The translations under genes were made by a program, and so were the position numbers. From the NCBI RefSeq assembly GCF_016026235.1, contig NZ_CP065613.1: 64,000 bases of DNA, one strand, 5' to 3'. Origin of the DNA: Escherichia coli. Lineage in GTDB: Bacteria > Pseudomonadota > Gammaproteobacteria > Enterobacterales > Enterobacteriaceae. The notes beneath the pieces were generated by a model. That model was not told the DNA's origin and did no database searches. It saw only the letters and a program-made list of their open reading frames with translations. Position 1 is the stretch's first letter; every line of letters begins with the position of its first letter. Positions 47,001 to 56,790 of this stretch are shown here, in pieces.

Positions 47001-47986
47001 ATGACTTGCGACCGGAGGCGAGTAGCTACATTGCGAACCTTGCAGCAGCGAATACCATATTCACCACGCGTCTGCATGAGCGTCTGGGTAATACGTACTA
47101 TACCGACATGGTGACGGGTGAGCAGAAACAAACCACTATGTGGATGCGCCATGAAGGTGGTCATAATAAATGGCGTGATGGCAGCGGCCAGCTGAAAACC
47201 CAAAGCAATCGCTATGTTCTGCAACTGGGAGGCGATGTCGCGCAGTGGAGCCAAAACGGCAGCGACAGCTGGCATGTTGGGGTCATGGCGGGATATGGCA
47301 ACAGCGACAGCAAAACCATTTCCTCGCGAACCGGTTATCGTGCAAAAGCGAGTGTGAACGGATATAGCACCGGCCTCTATGCCACCTGGTATGCCGATGA
47401 CGAGTCGCGTAATGGCGCGTATCTCGACAGTTGGGCGCAGTACAGCTGGTTTGATAACACAGTGAAAGGGGATGACTTACAAAGTGAATCCTATAAATCA
47501 AAAGGATTTACCGCTTCACTGGAAGCTGGATACAAACACAAATTAGCTGAATTTAATGGCAGCCAGGGAACGCGTAATGAATGGTATGTTCAGCCGCAAG
47601 CACAGGTTACCTGGATGGGAGTCAAAGCCGATAAGCACCGCGAAAGCAACGGAACCCTCGTTCATAGCAACGGTGATGGCAATGTTCAAACCCGACTTGG
47701 CGTAAAAACCTGGCTGAAGAGCCACCATAAAATGGATGACGGTAAATCCCGCGAGTTCCAGCCGTTTGTAGAAGTGAACTGGCTGCATAACAGTAAGGAT
47801 TTCAGCACCAGTATGGATGGCGTGTCCGTCACTCAGGATGGAGCCCGAAATATTGCTGAGATAAAAACCGGGGTGGAAGGACAGCTAAATGCCAACCTGA
47901 ATGTCTGGGGGAATGTGGGCGTTCAGGTTGCCGATAGGGGATATAATGACACCTCTGCAATGGTTGGCATTAAGTGGCAATTCTGA
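44003..47986 (+). CDS. Large AIDA-I-type autotransporter adhesin, EhaA-like (1327 aa from MNKIYRLKWN start)
   Basis: Extended signal peptide MNKIYRLKWNRSRNCWSVCSELG; repetitive passenger; Pro-rich linker PEPDPMPNPEPNPNPEPNPNPTPTPGP (about 46900..46985); C-terminal beta-barrel ending ...GIKWQF. Confidence 0.85.
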   Translation: MNKIYRLKWNRSRNCWSVCSELGSRVKGKKSRAVLISAISLYSSLALSKDVTVSEDHTAVFGKDNQTIDYRISVTDNANLVINATDTSRPRLTLASGGGLDITGGKVTINGPLNFLLKGTGFLNVSNAGSELYADDLYESNSGMRHDQGYFNVSNGGKIHVKGTSRLTYTQGNVSGEGSQVNAGTFFMGVYGGYGGNQFLSVNNGGEVNAREHISLGYYDQRSDTTLVVSDGGKISAPKISLSTNSELALGAQEGSAAKAAGIIDAEKIEFVWAKTSDKKITLNHTDKNATISADIVSGSEGLGYINALNGTTYLTGDNSAFSGKVKIEQNGALGITQNIGTAEINNRGKLHLKADDSMTFANKISGNGTISIDSGTVALTGNNYAFSGYIDVASGAVAVISEDKNIGRADLDVDGKLQINANKDWVFDNDLQGRGIVEINMGNHEFSFDEFAYTDWFQGSLAFQNTAFNLEKNAEFLQRGGITAGQGSQVTVGKGAHSISTLGFSGGTVDFGALAAGAQMTEGTVNVSKTLDLRGEGVIQVSDSDVVSSVSRDIDSALSLTEVDDGNSTIKLVDAQGAEVLGDAGNLQLQDKNGQILSSSAQRDIQQNGQKAAVGTYDYRLTSGVNNDGLYIGYGLTQLDLHATDSDALVLSSNGKSENAADLSAKITGSGDLAFSSQKGQTVSLSNKDNDYTGVTDLRSGTLLLNNDNVLGNTHELRLAAETELDMNGHSQTVGTLNGSADSLLSLNGGSLTVTNGGTSTGSLTGSGELNIQGGTLDIAGDNSNLTANVNIANSANVLVSHAQGLGSANVENNGTLALNNSAEKRAAASVNYTLGGNLTNNGTLMTGMSGQQAGNVLVVKGNYHGNNGQLVMNTVLNGDDSVTDKLVVEGDTSGTTAVTVNNAGGTGAKTLNGIELIHVDGKSEGEFVQAGRIVAGAYDYTLARGQGANSGNWYLTSGSDSPELQPEPDPMPNPEPNPNPEPNPNPTPTPGPDLNVDNDLRPEASSYIANLAAANTIFTTRLHERLGNTYYTDMVTGEQKQTTMWMRHEGGHNKWRDGSGQLKTQSNRYVLQLGGDVAQWSQNGSDSWHVGVMAGYGNSDSKTISSRTGYRAKASVNGYSTGLYATWYADDESRNGAYLDSWAQYSWFDNTVKGDDLQSESYKSKGFTASLEAGYKHKLAEFNGSQGTRNEWYVQPQAQVTWMGVKADKHRESNGTLVHSNGDGNVQTRLGVKTWLKSHHKMDDGKSREFQPFVEVNWLHNSKDFSTSMDGVSVTQDGARNIAEIKTGVEGQLNANLNVWGNVGVQVADRGYNDTSAMVGIKWQF

Positions 47987-48127
47987 TCTGAATAATGAGT
48001 AAAAGGAGAGAGAGCCGAACGGGAGATAATTCGGCTCTCTGTGTCATTTTCTTGCAGCCAGCTTTATCAGTCAGAGTGAAGACTCGCAGATTTAGCTGGC
48101 GCACAAGATTTAATCAAGGTGTGTTCA

Positions 48128-49216
48128 ATGGCTTCGCATGATTTGAGTGTTTTTTTGGAAGAGTTCGGGGCAACGGTGAATTTGACGTTGCCTGGTATCG
48201 TGTCCGAAAAAGAACGGCTTTTACTCAAGCTGCTAATGGAGGGAATGTCGGTTACAGAAATCTCACAGTACAGAAATCGCAGTGCAAAGACAATTTCACA
48301 TCAAAAGAAGCAGCTGTATGAAAAACTAGGCATCCAGAGTGATATTACCTTCTGGCGGGATATCTTTTTTCAATATCATCCGCAAGTCATCAGTGGCACG
48401 GGAAATAAAAATAATTTTTATATCCCTGATAACCGTTGTCACCATATCGTCACGCCTGAAGCCATCAGTCTGGCGTTGGAAAACCACGAATTCAAACCGT
48501 GGATCCAACCGGTTTTCTGCGCGCAGACTGGGGTACTGACGGGCTGTGAGGTACTTGTCCGCTGGGAACATCCACAAACGGGAATTATCCCACCGGATCA
48601 GTTTATTCCTCTGGCGGAGTCATCCGGTCTTATTGTCATAATGACCCGCCAACTGATGAAACAGACTGCGGATATTCTGATGCCGGTAAAACATTTGCTG
48701 CCGGACAATTTCCATATTGGCATCAACGTCTCGGCGGGTTGTTTTTTGGCAGCGGGATTTGAAAAAGAGTGTCTGAACCTGGTTAAGAAATTAGGTAACG
48801 ATAAAATCAAGCTGGTTCTCGAGCTAACGGAACGTAACCCTATTCCGGTAACGCCAGAAGCCAGAGCGATATTTGACAGCCTTCATCAGCACAACATTAC
48901 CTTTGCGCTGGATGACTTTGGTACGGGTTATGCGACCTATCGTTACTTGCAGGCGTTCCCGGTCGATTTTATTAAGATCGATAAGTCATTTGTGCAAATG
49001 GCGAGTGTCGACGAAATCTCCGGTCATATTGTGGACAATATTGTCGAACTAGCGCGTAAGCCTGGTCTGAGTATCGTGGCGGAAGGGGTAGAAACCCAGG
49101 AGCAGGCGGATTTAATGATCGGTAAAGGCGTTCACTTTTTGCAGGGCTATTTGTACTCTCCGCCAGTACCGGGTAATAAATTTATCTCTGAATGGGTAAT
49201 GAAAGCAGGTGGTTGA
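48128..49216 (+). CDS. pdeL: PdeL (YahA) c-di-GMP phosphodiesterase with N-terminal LuxR-type HTH and C-terminal EAL domain
   Basis: HTH (LLLKLLMEGMSVTEISQYRNRSAKTISHQKK) plus EAL-domain motifs; synteny after betT region. Confidence 0.9.
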   Translation: MASHDLSVFLEEFGATVNLTLPGIVSEKERLLLKLLMEGMSVTEISQYRNRSAKTISHQKKQLYEKLGIQSDITFWRDIFFQYHPQVISGTGNKNNFYIPDNRCHHIVTPEAISLALENHEFKPWIQPVFCAQTGVLTGCEVLVRWEHPQTGIIPPDQFIPLAESSGLIVIMTRQLMKQTADILMPVKHLLPDNFHIGINVSAGCFLAAGFEKECLNLVKKLGNDKIKLVLELTERNPIPVTPEARAIFDSLHQHNITFALDDFGTGYATYRYLQAFPVDFIKIDKSFVQMASVDEISGHIVDNIVELARKPGLSIVAEGVETQEQADLMIGKGVHFLQGYLYSPPVPGNKFISEWVMKAGG

Positions 49217-49257
49217 TGTAAACCGCTATTCACAGCGCATCGGGAGGTTGGCAGCGA

Positions 49258-50190
49258 TTAATTCTCCCGATGCAGTAAATCCTGATAGATCCCCGTTAAT
49301 ATGCCATTTGGCGCAAATTGTTTTTTAATCCACTGCGTCACCTGACCCGTAGCAGAATGCTGAGTCGCCAGTAACATGCGCGAATCCTGGCGCGGATTAT
49401 GGATTTGTCGGGTAACCAGCAGGGATTGCGTCATTGCCTCACGGACCATGTAATCCGGCAAAAAACCAATTCCTTCACCTAAAATCTGGCACTGACATTT
49501 GGTGTTGAAATCTGGCACCAGAATTGACTCCTGCCCGTGCAGCAACCAGCCCACTTTTTTATTAATCGTATGCGCGGTGTCCTCCACCATAATATTAGGG
49601 TAGAGACGCAGTTGGCTTTCGGCGATGGGTTCCGGCACAAAGGCTAACGGGTGATCCGGGGCGATAGCAAAAGCCCAGCGAATCGCGCCAATTTCAGTGT
49701 AATCAATACCGCCGCCGTCCAGTAGTGTATCGGGTGCGCCGATGGCGATATTGGCCTGATTATTAATAATCGCATCCCAGACGCCGTTATACACTTCGGT
49801 GGTGACGGTAATCTGGCAGGTAGGAAACTGCTTTTTCAGCACCTGTAACAAGCGTGCGGTGTGTTTGGGCGTATAAAGCAGCTGATTAATACAAATGCGC
49901 ACACGCGCTTCTATGCCCTGCGAAATAGTATCGATACTGCGTTTGATGGCGTGAAAATCATTCAGCAGGTCGGTAGCTTTGCGGAAAAAATAACGCCCGG
50001 ACTCCGTTAACTCAATGCTGCGGGTACTGCGAGTGAACAACACCACATCCAGCCCCGTTTCCATACGCTTAATGGTGTAGCTAATGGCGGAAGTGGTTAA
50101 ACCCAACTCGTCTGCGGCTTTACTGAAGCTGCCAAATCGCGCAGCGGTAGTAAATGCCAACAGATTCTCTTCGGTAAAAACTGAGTTCAT
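49258..50190 (-). CDS. yahB: YahB LysR-family transcriptional regulator, 310 aa
   Basis: LysR HTH at N-terminus; synteny. Confidence 0.85.
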   Translation of the reverse strand: MNSVFTEENLLAFTTAARFGSFSKAADELGLTTSAISYTIKRMETGLDVVLFTRSTRSIELTESGRYFFRKATDLLNDFHAIKRSIDTISQGIEARVRICINQLLYTPKHTARLLQVLKKQFPTCQITVTTEVYNGVWDAIINNQANIAIGAPDTLLDGGGIDYTEIGAIRWAFAIAPDHPLAFVPEPIAESQLRLYPNIMVEDTAHTINKKVGWLLHGQESILVPDFNTKCQCQILGEGIGFLPDYMVREAMTQSLLVTRQIHNPRQDSRMLLATQHSATGQVTQWIKKQFAPNGILTGIYQDLLHREN

Positions 50191-50281
50191 TAAACCATTC
50201 TCGCCATTATCTAATATGAATTTCTCCAGCCATGACTGTAGAGGTATCGATTAAAGATAGATAATCATTTTTGAATAACTT

Positions 50282-50779
50282 TTAATACCCGTCGCGTTTA
50301 GTCGTCGCTTCGCTTAATTTTTGTCCGCCATATTCTGAAACTATCCCCACGCAGTTACCCGCCAGAAAACCCAGTAACGTCACCGTCCAGTTCATCCCGC
50401 AGGCAAAAAACAGCGTCATGCCGAGAAAGCCACCGGGAATGAATGACAGTAACCAGAAACGTCCTTGCCAGACCACTACCGCTGAGAAAGGCACGGTAGT
50501 AATCACGCTCGCCCAGAACCCGGAAATCCCACTTACAGAGGCCAGCCAGCCGGAAGCCAGCGCGGCAAAAAACGCCCACACCATCCCGGAATAGTTAACC
50601 GCCAGACTTCTGATAAACCCTGATTTACCGCCGCCTGCGGCATAAAAACTGCAAAAGGCGACGAAGCCAATGGTTCCTAATAATTCCCATCCCTGAGAAA
50701 GCCCAACATGTGAAGATACTAACTGCCAAAGCCCTGCACAAACACCGACGGTTATACCCGTTGCAGTGAGTCCGTTCAT
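50282..50779 (-). CDS. yahC: YahC inner-membrane protein (165 aa from MNGLTATGI)
   Basis: Hydrophobic multi-helix sequence; synteny. Confidence 0.8.
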   Translation of the reverse strand: MNGLTATGITVGVCAGLWQLVSSHVGLSQGWELLGTIGFVAFCSFYAAGGGKSGFIRSLAVNYSGMVWAFFAALASGWLASVSGISGFWASVITTVPFSAVVVWQGRFWLLSFIPGGFLGMTLFFACGMNWTVTLLGFLAGNCVGIVSEYGGQKLSEATTKRDGY

Positions 50780-51037
50780 CTTGTTCCCCCTCTGGTTAGA
50801 CATGGACGAAAGCTGCGCTTATATGTGCAGACTATAGAGAAATAAAACCTGATTGAGTGAAAGGGTATCGGGTCAAAGAAACAAATATTGCACTACCGCA
50901 CACTGCGAAAAGATTGTTGAACATCATTCAACAAAAAGGCGAAATACGGCGAATTAAATTTAAGCGGGTTCTTTTATCAGATTAACGTTGCTATTCTCAA
51001 TTCATCGAAAACAGCCACAAAAATCAGGGGAATGTTA

Positions 51038-51643
51038 ATGAGTATAAAAAATCTACCTGCCGACTATTTATTGGCTGCACAACAGGGCGATATCGATAAA
51101 GTAAAAACCTGCTTTGCGCTGGGTGTCGATATTAATACCTGCGATCGCCAGGGGAAAACGGCAATTACGCTGGCAAGTTTATATCAGCAATATGCTTGTG
51201 TTCAGGCATTAATTGATGCCGGAGCGGATATTAATAAACAAGACCAGACCAGTTTAAATCCTTTTTTAATCAGTTGCCTGAACGGTGATTTAACCCTGTT
51301 ACGAATTATTTTACCGGCTAAACCCGATCTTAATTGTGTAACCCGTTTTGGCGGTGTCGGCCTGACGCCTGCCTGTGAAAAAGGCCATTTAAGTATTGTA
51401 AAAGAGCTTTTGGCGCACACCGATATTAACGTTAACCAGACCAACCATGTTGGCTGGACGCCGCTGCTTGAAGCGATTGTGCTTAATGATGGTGGTATTA
51501 AACAGCAGGCGATTGTGCAGTTATTGCTGGAACACGGTGCCAGCCCGCATCTGACCGATAAATATGGCAAAACGCCGCTGGAACTGGCGCGGGAACGGGG
51601 CTTTGAAGAGATTGCGCAGTTACTGATTGCCGCAGGTGCATAA
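51038..51643 (+). CDS. yahD: YahD ankyrin-repeat protein, 201 aa
   Basis: Repeated ankyrin-like motifs (GKTAITLAS, GWTPLLEA, GKTPLELA). Confidence 0.85.
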   Translation: MSIKNLPADYLLAAQQGDIDKVKTCFALGVDINTCDRQGKTAITLASLYQQYACVQALIDAGADINKQDQTSLNPFLISCLNGDLTLLRIILPAKPDLNCVTRFGGVGLTPACEKGHLSIVKELLAHTDINVNQTNHVGWTPLLEAIVLNDGGIKQQAIVQLLLEHGASPHLTDKYGKTPLELARERGFEEIAQLLIAAGA

Positions 51644-51682
51644 ACCGGGAGGCTTGCTATCAACACACCAGAAAAACGGTGT

Positions 51683-52546
51683 GTGTGGGCGCTAACTGCG
51701 GATGCGGATTTTCTGGCGCAGCGGGGGCAAGGACAGGTTGAACAGGTCTTTGCCAGAGCGGTAAATATCGCACTCCCGGCTCGCCAGCAGTTGCTGACGC
51801 TGCTTTGTGAAGAGTACGACAATGCGCCAAACAGTTGTCGGTTGGCACTCACTCACTTTGATGATCTGTTCCGGCATGGTGATAAGGTTCAGTTTGACGA
51901 TCAAGGTATTACGGTTGGTCAACATCTTCATATAGAGATGAGTCGTTGTCGGCGTTGGCTGTCCCCAACCTTGCAAATGACCGCTGTGAATTTTCACCTT
52001 ATCGCCTGGCAACAGTGGCACGACATTATTCATCAGCACCTGGGGGAAAATGAAACCCTGTTTAATTATCGCGGCGATAATCCGTTTTATCAGGCGTTAA
52101 ATAAAGAATTACATATTAAACGACGGGCAGTTATTCAGACAGTAAACGATAAGCAAAATATCGCCTCAGCGGTCGCCAGTATGATGGGGTTAGGGATTGG
52201 CCTTACGCCATCAGCCGACGATTATTTAACAGGTCTGGCGCTTATTTTATTTATTCCCGGGCATCCGGCGGAAAAATACAAAGAGGAATTTTATCTCGGT
52301 CTGCAACGCGGCAGAAATAATACCACATTATTAAGTGCCATAACGCTGGAAGCCGCATTACAACAACGCTGCCGGGAAAATATTCATCGTTTTATTCACA
52401 ACATTATTTATGACATTCCTGGGAACGCAACTCAGGCAATAGAAAAAATTAAACATATTGGCTCCAGTTCCGGCTGCGACATGCTGTATGGCATGGCCGA
52501 TGGTTGTGCGCTGAGCCAAACCTACGGAGGGAATTATGTCAGTTAA
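51683..52546 (+). CDS. yahE: YahE (DUF2877 family), 287 aa
   Basis: Synteny; paralog class of YlbF/AllH. Confidence 0.8.
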   Translation: MWALTADADFLAQRGQGQVEQVFARAVNIALPARQQLLTLLCEEYDNAPNSCRLALTHFDDLFRHGDKVQFDDQGITVGQHLHIEMSRCRRWLSPTLQMTAVNFHLIAWQQWHDIIHQHLGENETLFNYRGDNPFYQALNKELHIKRRAVIQTVNDKQNIASAVASMMGLGIGLTPSADDYLTGLALILFIPGHPAEKYKEEFYLGLQRGRNNTTLLSAITLEAALQQRCRENIHRFIHNIIYDIPGNATQAIEKIKHIGSSSGCDMLYGMADGCALSQTYGGNYVS

Positions 52547-54083
52547 AATAGTCATTAAACCGAATACCTATTTTGATTCTGTCTCGCTGATGTCTATCTC
52601 CACGCGTGCAAATAAACTCGATGGCGTCGAGCAGGCATTTGTGGCGATGGCGACCGAAATGAACAAAGGCGTGCTGAAAAATTTAGGGCTGCTGACGCCG
52701 GAGCTTGAGCAGGCGAAAAACGGCGACCTGATGATTGTCATTAACGGCAAAGCGGGCGCGGACAACGAGCAGTTGCTGGTAGAGATTGAAGAACTGTTCA
52801 ACAGCAAAGCGCAAAGTGGCTCGCACGAGGCGCGTTACGCCACCCTTGCCAGCGCCAAAAAGCATATCCCGGAAAGTAACCTAGCGGTGATTTCGGTCAA
52901 CGGTCTGTTTGCCGCTCGCGAAGCACGTCAGGCGCTGCAAAATGACCTCAACGTGATGCTGTTTTCCGATAACGTCTCGGTTGAAGATGAACTGGCGCTC
53001 AAGCAGCTGGCCCACGAAAAAGGGCTGCTGATGATGGGGCCAGACTGCGGCACGGCGATTATTAACGGCGCGGCGCTCTGTTTTGGTAACGCCGTGCGTC
53101 GCGGCAACATCGGTATTGTTGGCGCATCCGGCACCGGCAGCCAGGAACTGAGCGTCCGTATCCATGAATTTGGCGGCGGCGTTTCACAGCTGATCGGCAC
53201 CGGCGGGCGCGACCTGAGCGAGAAAATCGGCGGCCTGATGATGCTCGATGCCATCGGCATGCTGGAAAACGATCCGCAAACTGAAATCATCGCGCTGATC
53301 TCCAAACCGCCCGCGTCTGCGGTGGCCCGTAAAGTGCTGGAACGTGCGCGCGCCTGCCGCAAGCCGGTGGTGGTCTGCTTCCTCGGTCGTGGCGAAACGC
53401 CGGTGGATGAGCAGGGGCTACAGTTTGCCCGCGGCACCAAAGAGGCGGCGCTGAAAGCGGTGATGCTCTCCGGCGTGAAACAGGAACATCTCGACCTGCA
53501 TACCCTGAACCAACCGTTGATTGCTGATGTGCGTGCGCGCCTGAAACCCCAGCAGAAATACATTCGTGGCCTGTTCTGCGGCGGCACCCTGTGCGACGAA
53601 ACCATGTTCGCGGTGATGGAAAAACAAGGTGATGTTTACAGCAACATCCAGCCCGATCCTGAATTCCGCCTGAAAGATATCAACCGCAGCATCAAACACA
53701 CCTTCCTCGACTTTGGCGATGACGACTTCACCAACGGCAAGCCGCACCCGATGATTGACCCCACCAACCGCATCAGTCGGTTGATCGAAGAAGCGCGCGA
53801 TCCAGAAGTGGCGGTGATCGTGATGGATTTTGTGCTCGGATTTGGATCGCATGAAGATCCGGTTGGTTCCACCATCGATGCGATCAAAGAAGCGAAAGCG
53901 ATCGCCGCAGCCGAAAGTCGTGAGTTGATCATTCTCGCCTATGTGCTGGGCACCGATCTTGATACGCCATCGTTAGAACAACAAAGCCAGATGCTGCTTG
54001 ATGCCGGCGTGATTCTGGCGAGCAGCAGCACCAATACCGGATTGCTGGCGCGTGAATTTATCTGCAAAGGGGAGGAAGCCTGA
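52536..54083 (+). CDS. yahF: YahF, FdrA-like acyl-CoA synthetase (NDP-forming)/succinyl-CoA-ligase-alpha-like protein, 515 aa
   Basis: CoA-binding and ligase-like Gly-rich motifs; overlaps yahE stop. Confidence 0.85.
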   Translation: MSVKIVIKPNTYFDSVSLMSISTRANKLDGVEQAFVAMATEMNKGVLKNLGLLTPELEQAKNGDLMIVINGKAGADNEQLLVEIEELFNSKAQSGSHEARYATLASAKKHIPESNLAVISVNGLFAAREARQALQNDLNVMLFSDNVSVEDELALKQLAHEKGLLMMGPDCGTAIINGAALCFGNAVRRGNIGIVGASGTGSQELSVRIHEFGGGVSQLIGTGGRDLSEKIGGLMMLDAIGMLENDPQTEIIALISKPPASAVARKVLERARACRKPVVVCFLGRGETPVDEQGLQFARGTKEAALKAVMLSGVKQEHLDLHTLNQPLIADVRARLKPQQKYIRGLFCGGTLCDETMFAVMEKQGDVYSNIQPDPEFRLKDINRSIKHTFLDFGDDDFTNGKPHPMIDPTNRISRLIEEARDPEVAVIVMDFVLGFGSHEDPVGSTIDAIKEAKAIAAAESRELIILAYVLGTDLDTPSLEQQSQMLLDAGVILASSSTNTGLLAREFICKGEEA

Positions 54084-55501
54084 TGAGCCCGTCACTGTTT
54101 AGCCAACCGTTGAACGTTATTAACGTCGGTATCGCCATGTTTAGCGATGACCTGAAAAAGCAGCATGTAGAAGTGACTCAACTCGACTGGACGCCGCCGG
54201 GGCAGGGCAATATGCAGGTGGTGCAGGCACTGGACAACATTGCCGATTCGCCGCTGGCAGACAAAATCGCCGCCGCTAACCAGCAGGCGCTGGAGCGCAT
54301 TATTCAGTCGCATCCGGTTTTGATTGGCTTTGATCAGGCGATTAACGTGGTGCCTGGCATGACGCCGAAAACCATTCTTCACGCCGGGCCGCCGATCACC
54401 TGGGAAAAAATGTGCGGCGCAATGAAAGGCGCGGTCACCGGGGCGCTGGTGTTCGAAGGGCTGGCGAAAGATCTCGACGAGGCGGCTGAACTGGCGGCCT
54501 CCGGGGAGATCACCTTCTCGCCGTGCCACGAGCACGACTGCGTGGGTTCGATGGCGGGCGTCACCTCTGCCTCGATGTTTATGCACATCGTGAAAAACAA
54601 AACCTACGGCAACATCGCTTACACCAACATGAGCGAGCAGATGGCGAAGATTTTGCGTATGGGCGCTAACGACCAGAGCGTGATTGACCGCCTGAACTGG
54701 ATGCGCGATGTGCAGGGGCCAATGCTGCGCGACGCGATGAAAATTATCGGCGAGATCGATCTGCGCTTAATGCTGGCGCAGGCGCTGCATATGGGCGATG
54801 AGTGCCATAACCGCAATAACGCCGGGACGACGCTGCTGATTCAGGCGCTGACGCTGGGAATTATTCAGGCGGGCTACTCCGTCGAGCAACAGCGCGAAGT
54901 GTTTGAGTTTGTCGCCAGCAGCGACTACTTCTCCGGCCCGACGTGGATGGCGATGTGTAAAGCGGCGATGGATGCGGCGCACGGCATCGAATACAGCACC
55001 GTCGTTACCACCATGGCGCGTAACGGCGTCGAGTTCGGCCTGCGGGTTAGCGGCCTGCCGGGGCAATGGTTTACCGGCCCGGCGCAGCAGGTGATCGGCC
55101 CGATGTTTGCCGGTTATAAGCCGGAAGATTCGGGGCTGGATATCGGCGACAGCGCCATCACTGAAACCTACGGCATTGGCGGATTTGCCATGGCGACCGC
55201 GCCCGCTATCGTCGCGCTGGTGGGCGGCACGGTGGAAGAAGCTATTGATTTCTCCCGTCAGATGCGCGAAATCACCCTCGGTGAAAACCCCAACGTCACC
55301 ATTCCGCTGCTCGGTTTTATGGGCGTGCCGTCGGCAATCGACATCACCCGCGTGGGTAGCAGCGGCATTCTGCCGGTGATCAACACCGCCATCGCCCATA
55401 AAGATGCGGGCGTCGGCATGATTGGCGCGGGCATTGTGCATCCACCTTTTGCCTGCTTCGAGAAAGCCATTCTTGGCTGGTGCGAACGTTACGGCGTCTG
55501 A
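54083..55501 (+). CDS. yahG: YahG (DUF1116 family), 472 aa
   Basis: Start overlaps yahF stop (ATGA); synteny. Confidence 0.85.
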   Translation: MSPSLFSQPLNVINVGIAMFSDDLKKQHVEVTQLDWTPPGQGNMQVVQALDNIADSPLADKIAAANQQALERIIQSHPVLIGFDQAINVVPGMTPKTILHAGPPITWEKMCGAMKGAVTGALVFEGLAKDLDEAAELAASGEITFSPCHEHDCVGSMAGVTSASMFMHIVKNKTYGNIAYTNMSEQMAKILRMGANDQSVIDRLNWMRDVQGPMLRDAMKIIGEIDLRLMLAQALHMGDECHNRNNAGTTLLIQALTLGIIQAGYSVEQQREVFEFVASSDYFSGPTWMAMCKAAMDAAHGIEYSTVVTTMARNGVEFGLRVSGLPGQWFTGPAQQVIGPMFAGYKPEDSGLDIGDSAITETYGIGGFAMATAPAIVALVGGTVEEAIDFSRQMREITLGENPNVTIPLLGFMGVPSAIDITRVGSSGILPVINTAIAHKDAGVGMIGAGIVHPPFACFEKAILGWCERYGV

Positions 55502-55514
55502 CCTACATGTTCAT

Positions 55515-55785
55515 GCCGGATGCGGCGTGAACGCCTTATCCGGCCTACGAATGGCGCGAGAATCTGTAGGCCTGATAAGCGTAGCGCATCAGGCATTTGT
55601 CACCATTGCCGGATGCGGCGTGAACGCCTTATCCGGCCTACGAGTGGCGCAAGAATTTGTAGGCCTGATAAGCGTAGCGCATCAGGCATTTGTCACCATT
55701 GCCGGATGCGGCGTGAACGCCTTATCCGGCCTACGAATGGCACGAGAATTTGTAGGCCTGATAAGCGTAGCGTATCAGGCAATTT
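55515..55785. repeat. REP/BIME cluster: three tandem ~93-bp units of palindromic REP sequences
   Basis: Unit GCCGGATGCGGCGTGAACGCCTTATCCGGCCTACGAATGG...GCCTGATAAGCGTAGCGCATCAGGCATTTGTCACCATT starting at 55515, 55608, 55701. Confidence 0.85.
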
Positions 55786-55830
55786 GGCGTTGGTCATAAC
55801 CCCATCACCCTCTGTAGCGGACATAACAAC

Positions 55831-56781
55831 ATGAAAGAGCTTGTGGTCGTTGCCATTGGTGGCAACAGCATTATCAAAGATAACGCCAGCCAGTCGATTG
55901 AGCATCAGGCGGAGGCGGTGAAAGCCGTCGCCGATACGGTGCTGGAAATGCTGGCTTCCGATTACGACATTGTGCTGACCCACGGTAACGGGCCGCAGGT
56001 CGGGCTGGATTTACGCCGTGCGGAGATTGCCCACGAGCGCGAAGGGCTGCCCTTAACGCCGCTGGCGAACTGTGTGGCAGATACGCAGGGCGGCATCGGC
56101 TATCTGATCCAACAGGCGCTGAATAACCGGCTGGCGCGTCACGGCGAGAAGAAAGCCGTCACCGTGGTGACTCAGGTGGAAGTGGATAAAAACGATCCAG
56201 GTTTTGCCCATCCCACCAAGCCCATTGGTGCATTCTTCAGTGAAAGCCAGCGTGACGAATTACAAAAGGCAAACCCTGACTGGCGTTTTGTTGAAGATGC
56301 CGGACGGGGCTATCGCCGCGTGGTCGCCTCGCCGGAACCGAAACGTATTGTCGAAGCACCTGCCATTAAAGCGCTGATCCAACAAGGTTTTGTCGTAATT
56401 GGCGCGGGCGGCGGTGGAATTCCGGTAGTGCGTACTGAAGCGGGGGATTACCAAAGCGTGGACGCGGTTATCGACAAAGATCTCTCTACCGCGCTGCTGG
56501 CCCGTGAAATTCACGCCGACATTCTGGTGATCACCACCGGCGTCGAAAAAGTCTGTATCCACTTTGGTAAACCCGAGCAGCAGGCGCTGGATCGGGTGGA
56601 TATTGCCACCATGACTCGCTATATGCAGGAAGGACATTTCCCGCCCGGCAGCATGTTGCCAAAAATCATCGCCAGCCTGACGTTCCTGGAACAGGGCGGT
56701 AAAGAAGTGATTATCACCACGCCGGAATGCCTGCCCGCGGCGCTGCGTGGCGAAACGGGCACCCATATTATTAAAACGTAA
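55831..56781 (+). CDS. yahI: YahI carbamate-kinase-like protein, 316 aa
   Basis: Amino-acid kinase family N-terminus (VVVAIGGNSI) and overall carbamate kinase pattern. Confidence 0.9.
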   Translation: MKELVVVAIGGNSIIKDNASQSIEHQAEAVKAVADTVLEMLASDYDIVLTHGNGPQVGLDLRRAEIAHEREGLPLTPLANCVADTQGGIGYLIQQALNNRLARHGEKKAVTVVTQVEVDKNDPGFAHPTKPIGAFFSESQRDELQKANPDWRFVEDAGRGYRRVVASPEPKRIVEAPAIKALIQQGFVVIGAGGGGIPVVRTEAGDYQSVDAVIDKDLSTALLAREIHADILVITTGVEKVCIHFGKPEQQALDRVDIATMTRYMQEGHFPPGSMLPKIIASLTFLEQGGKEVIITTPECLPAALRGETGTHIIKT

Positions 56782-56790
56782 GGACGTAAG

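Noticed and set aside
55515-55785. Regular ~93-bp repeats that could be mistaken for a CRISPR array
   Set aside because: Units are contiguous, internally palindromic REP/BIME elements with no unique spacers, no leader and no cas genes nearby.
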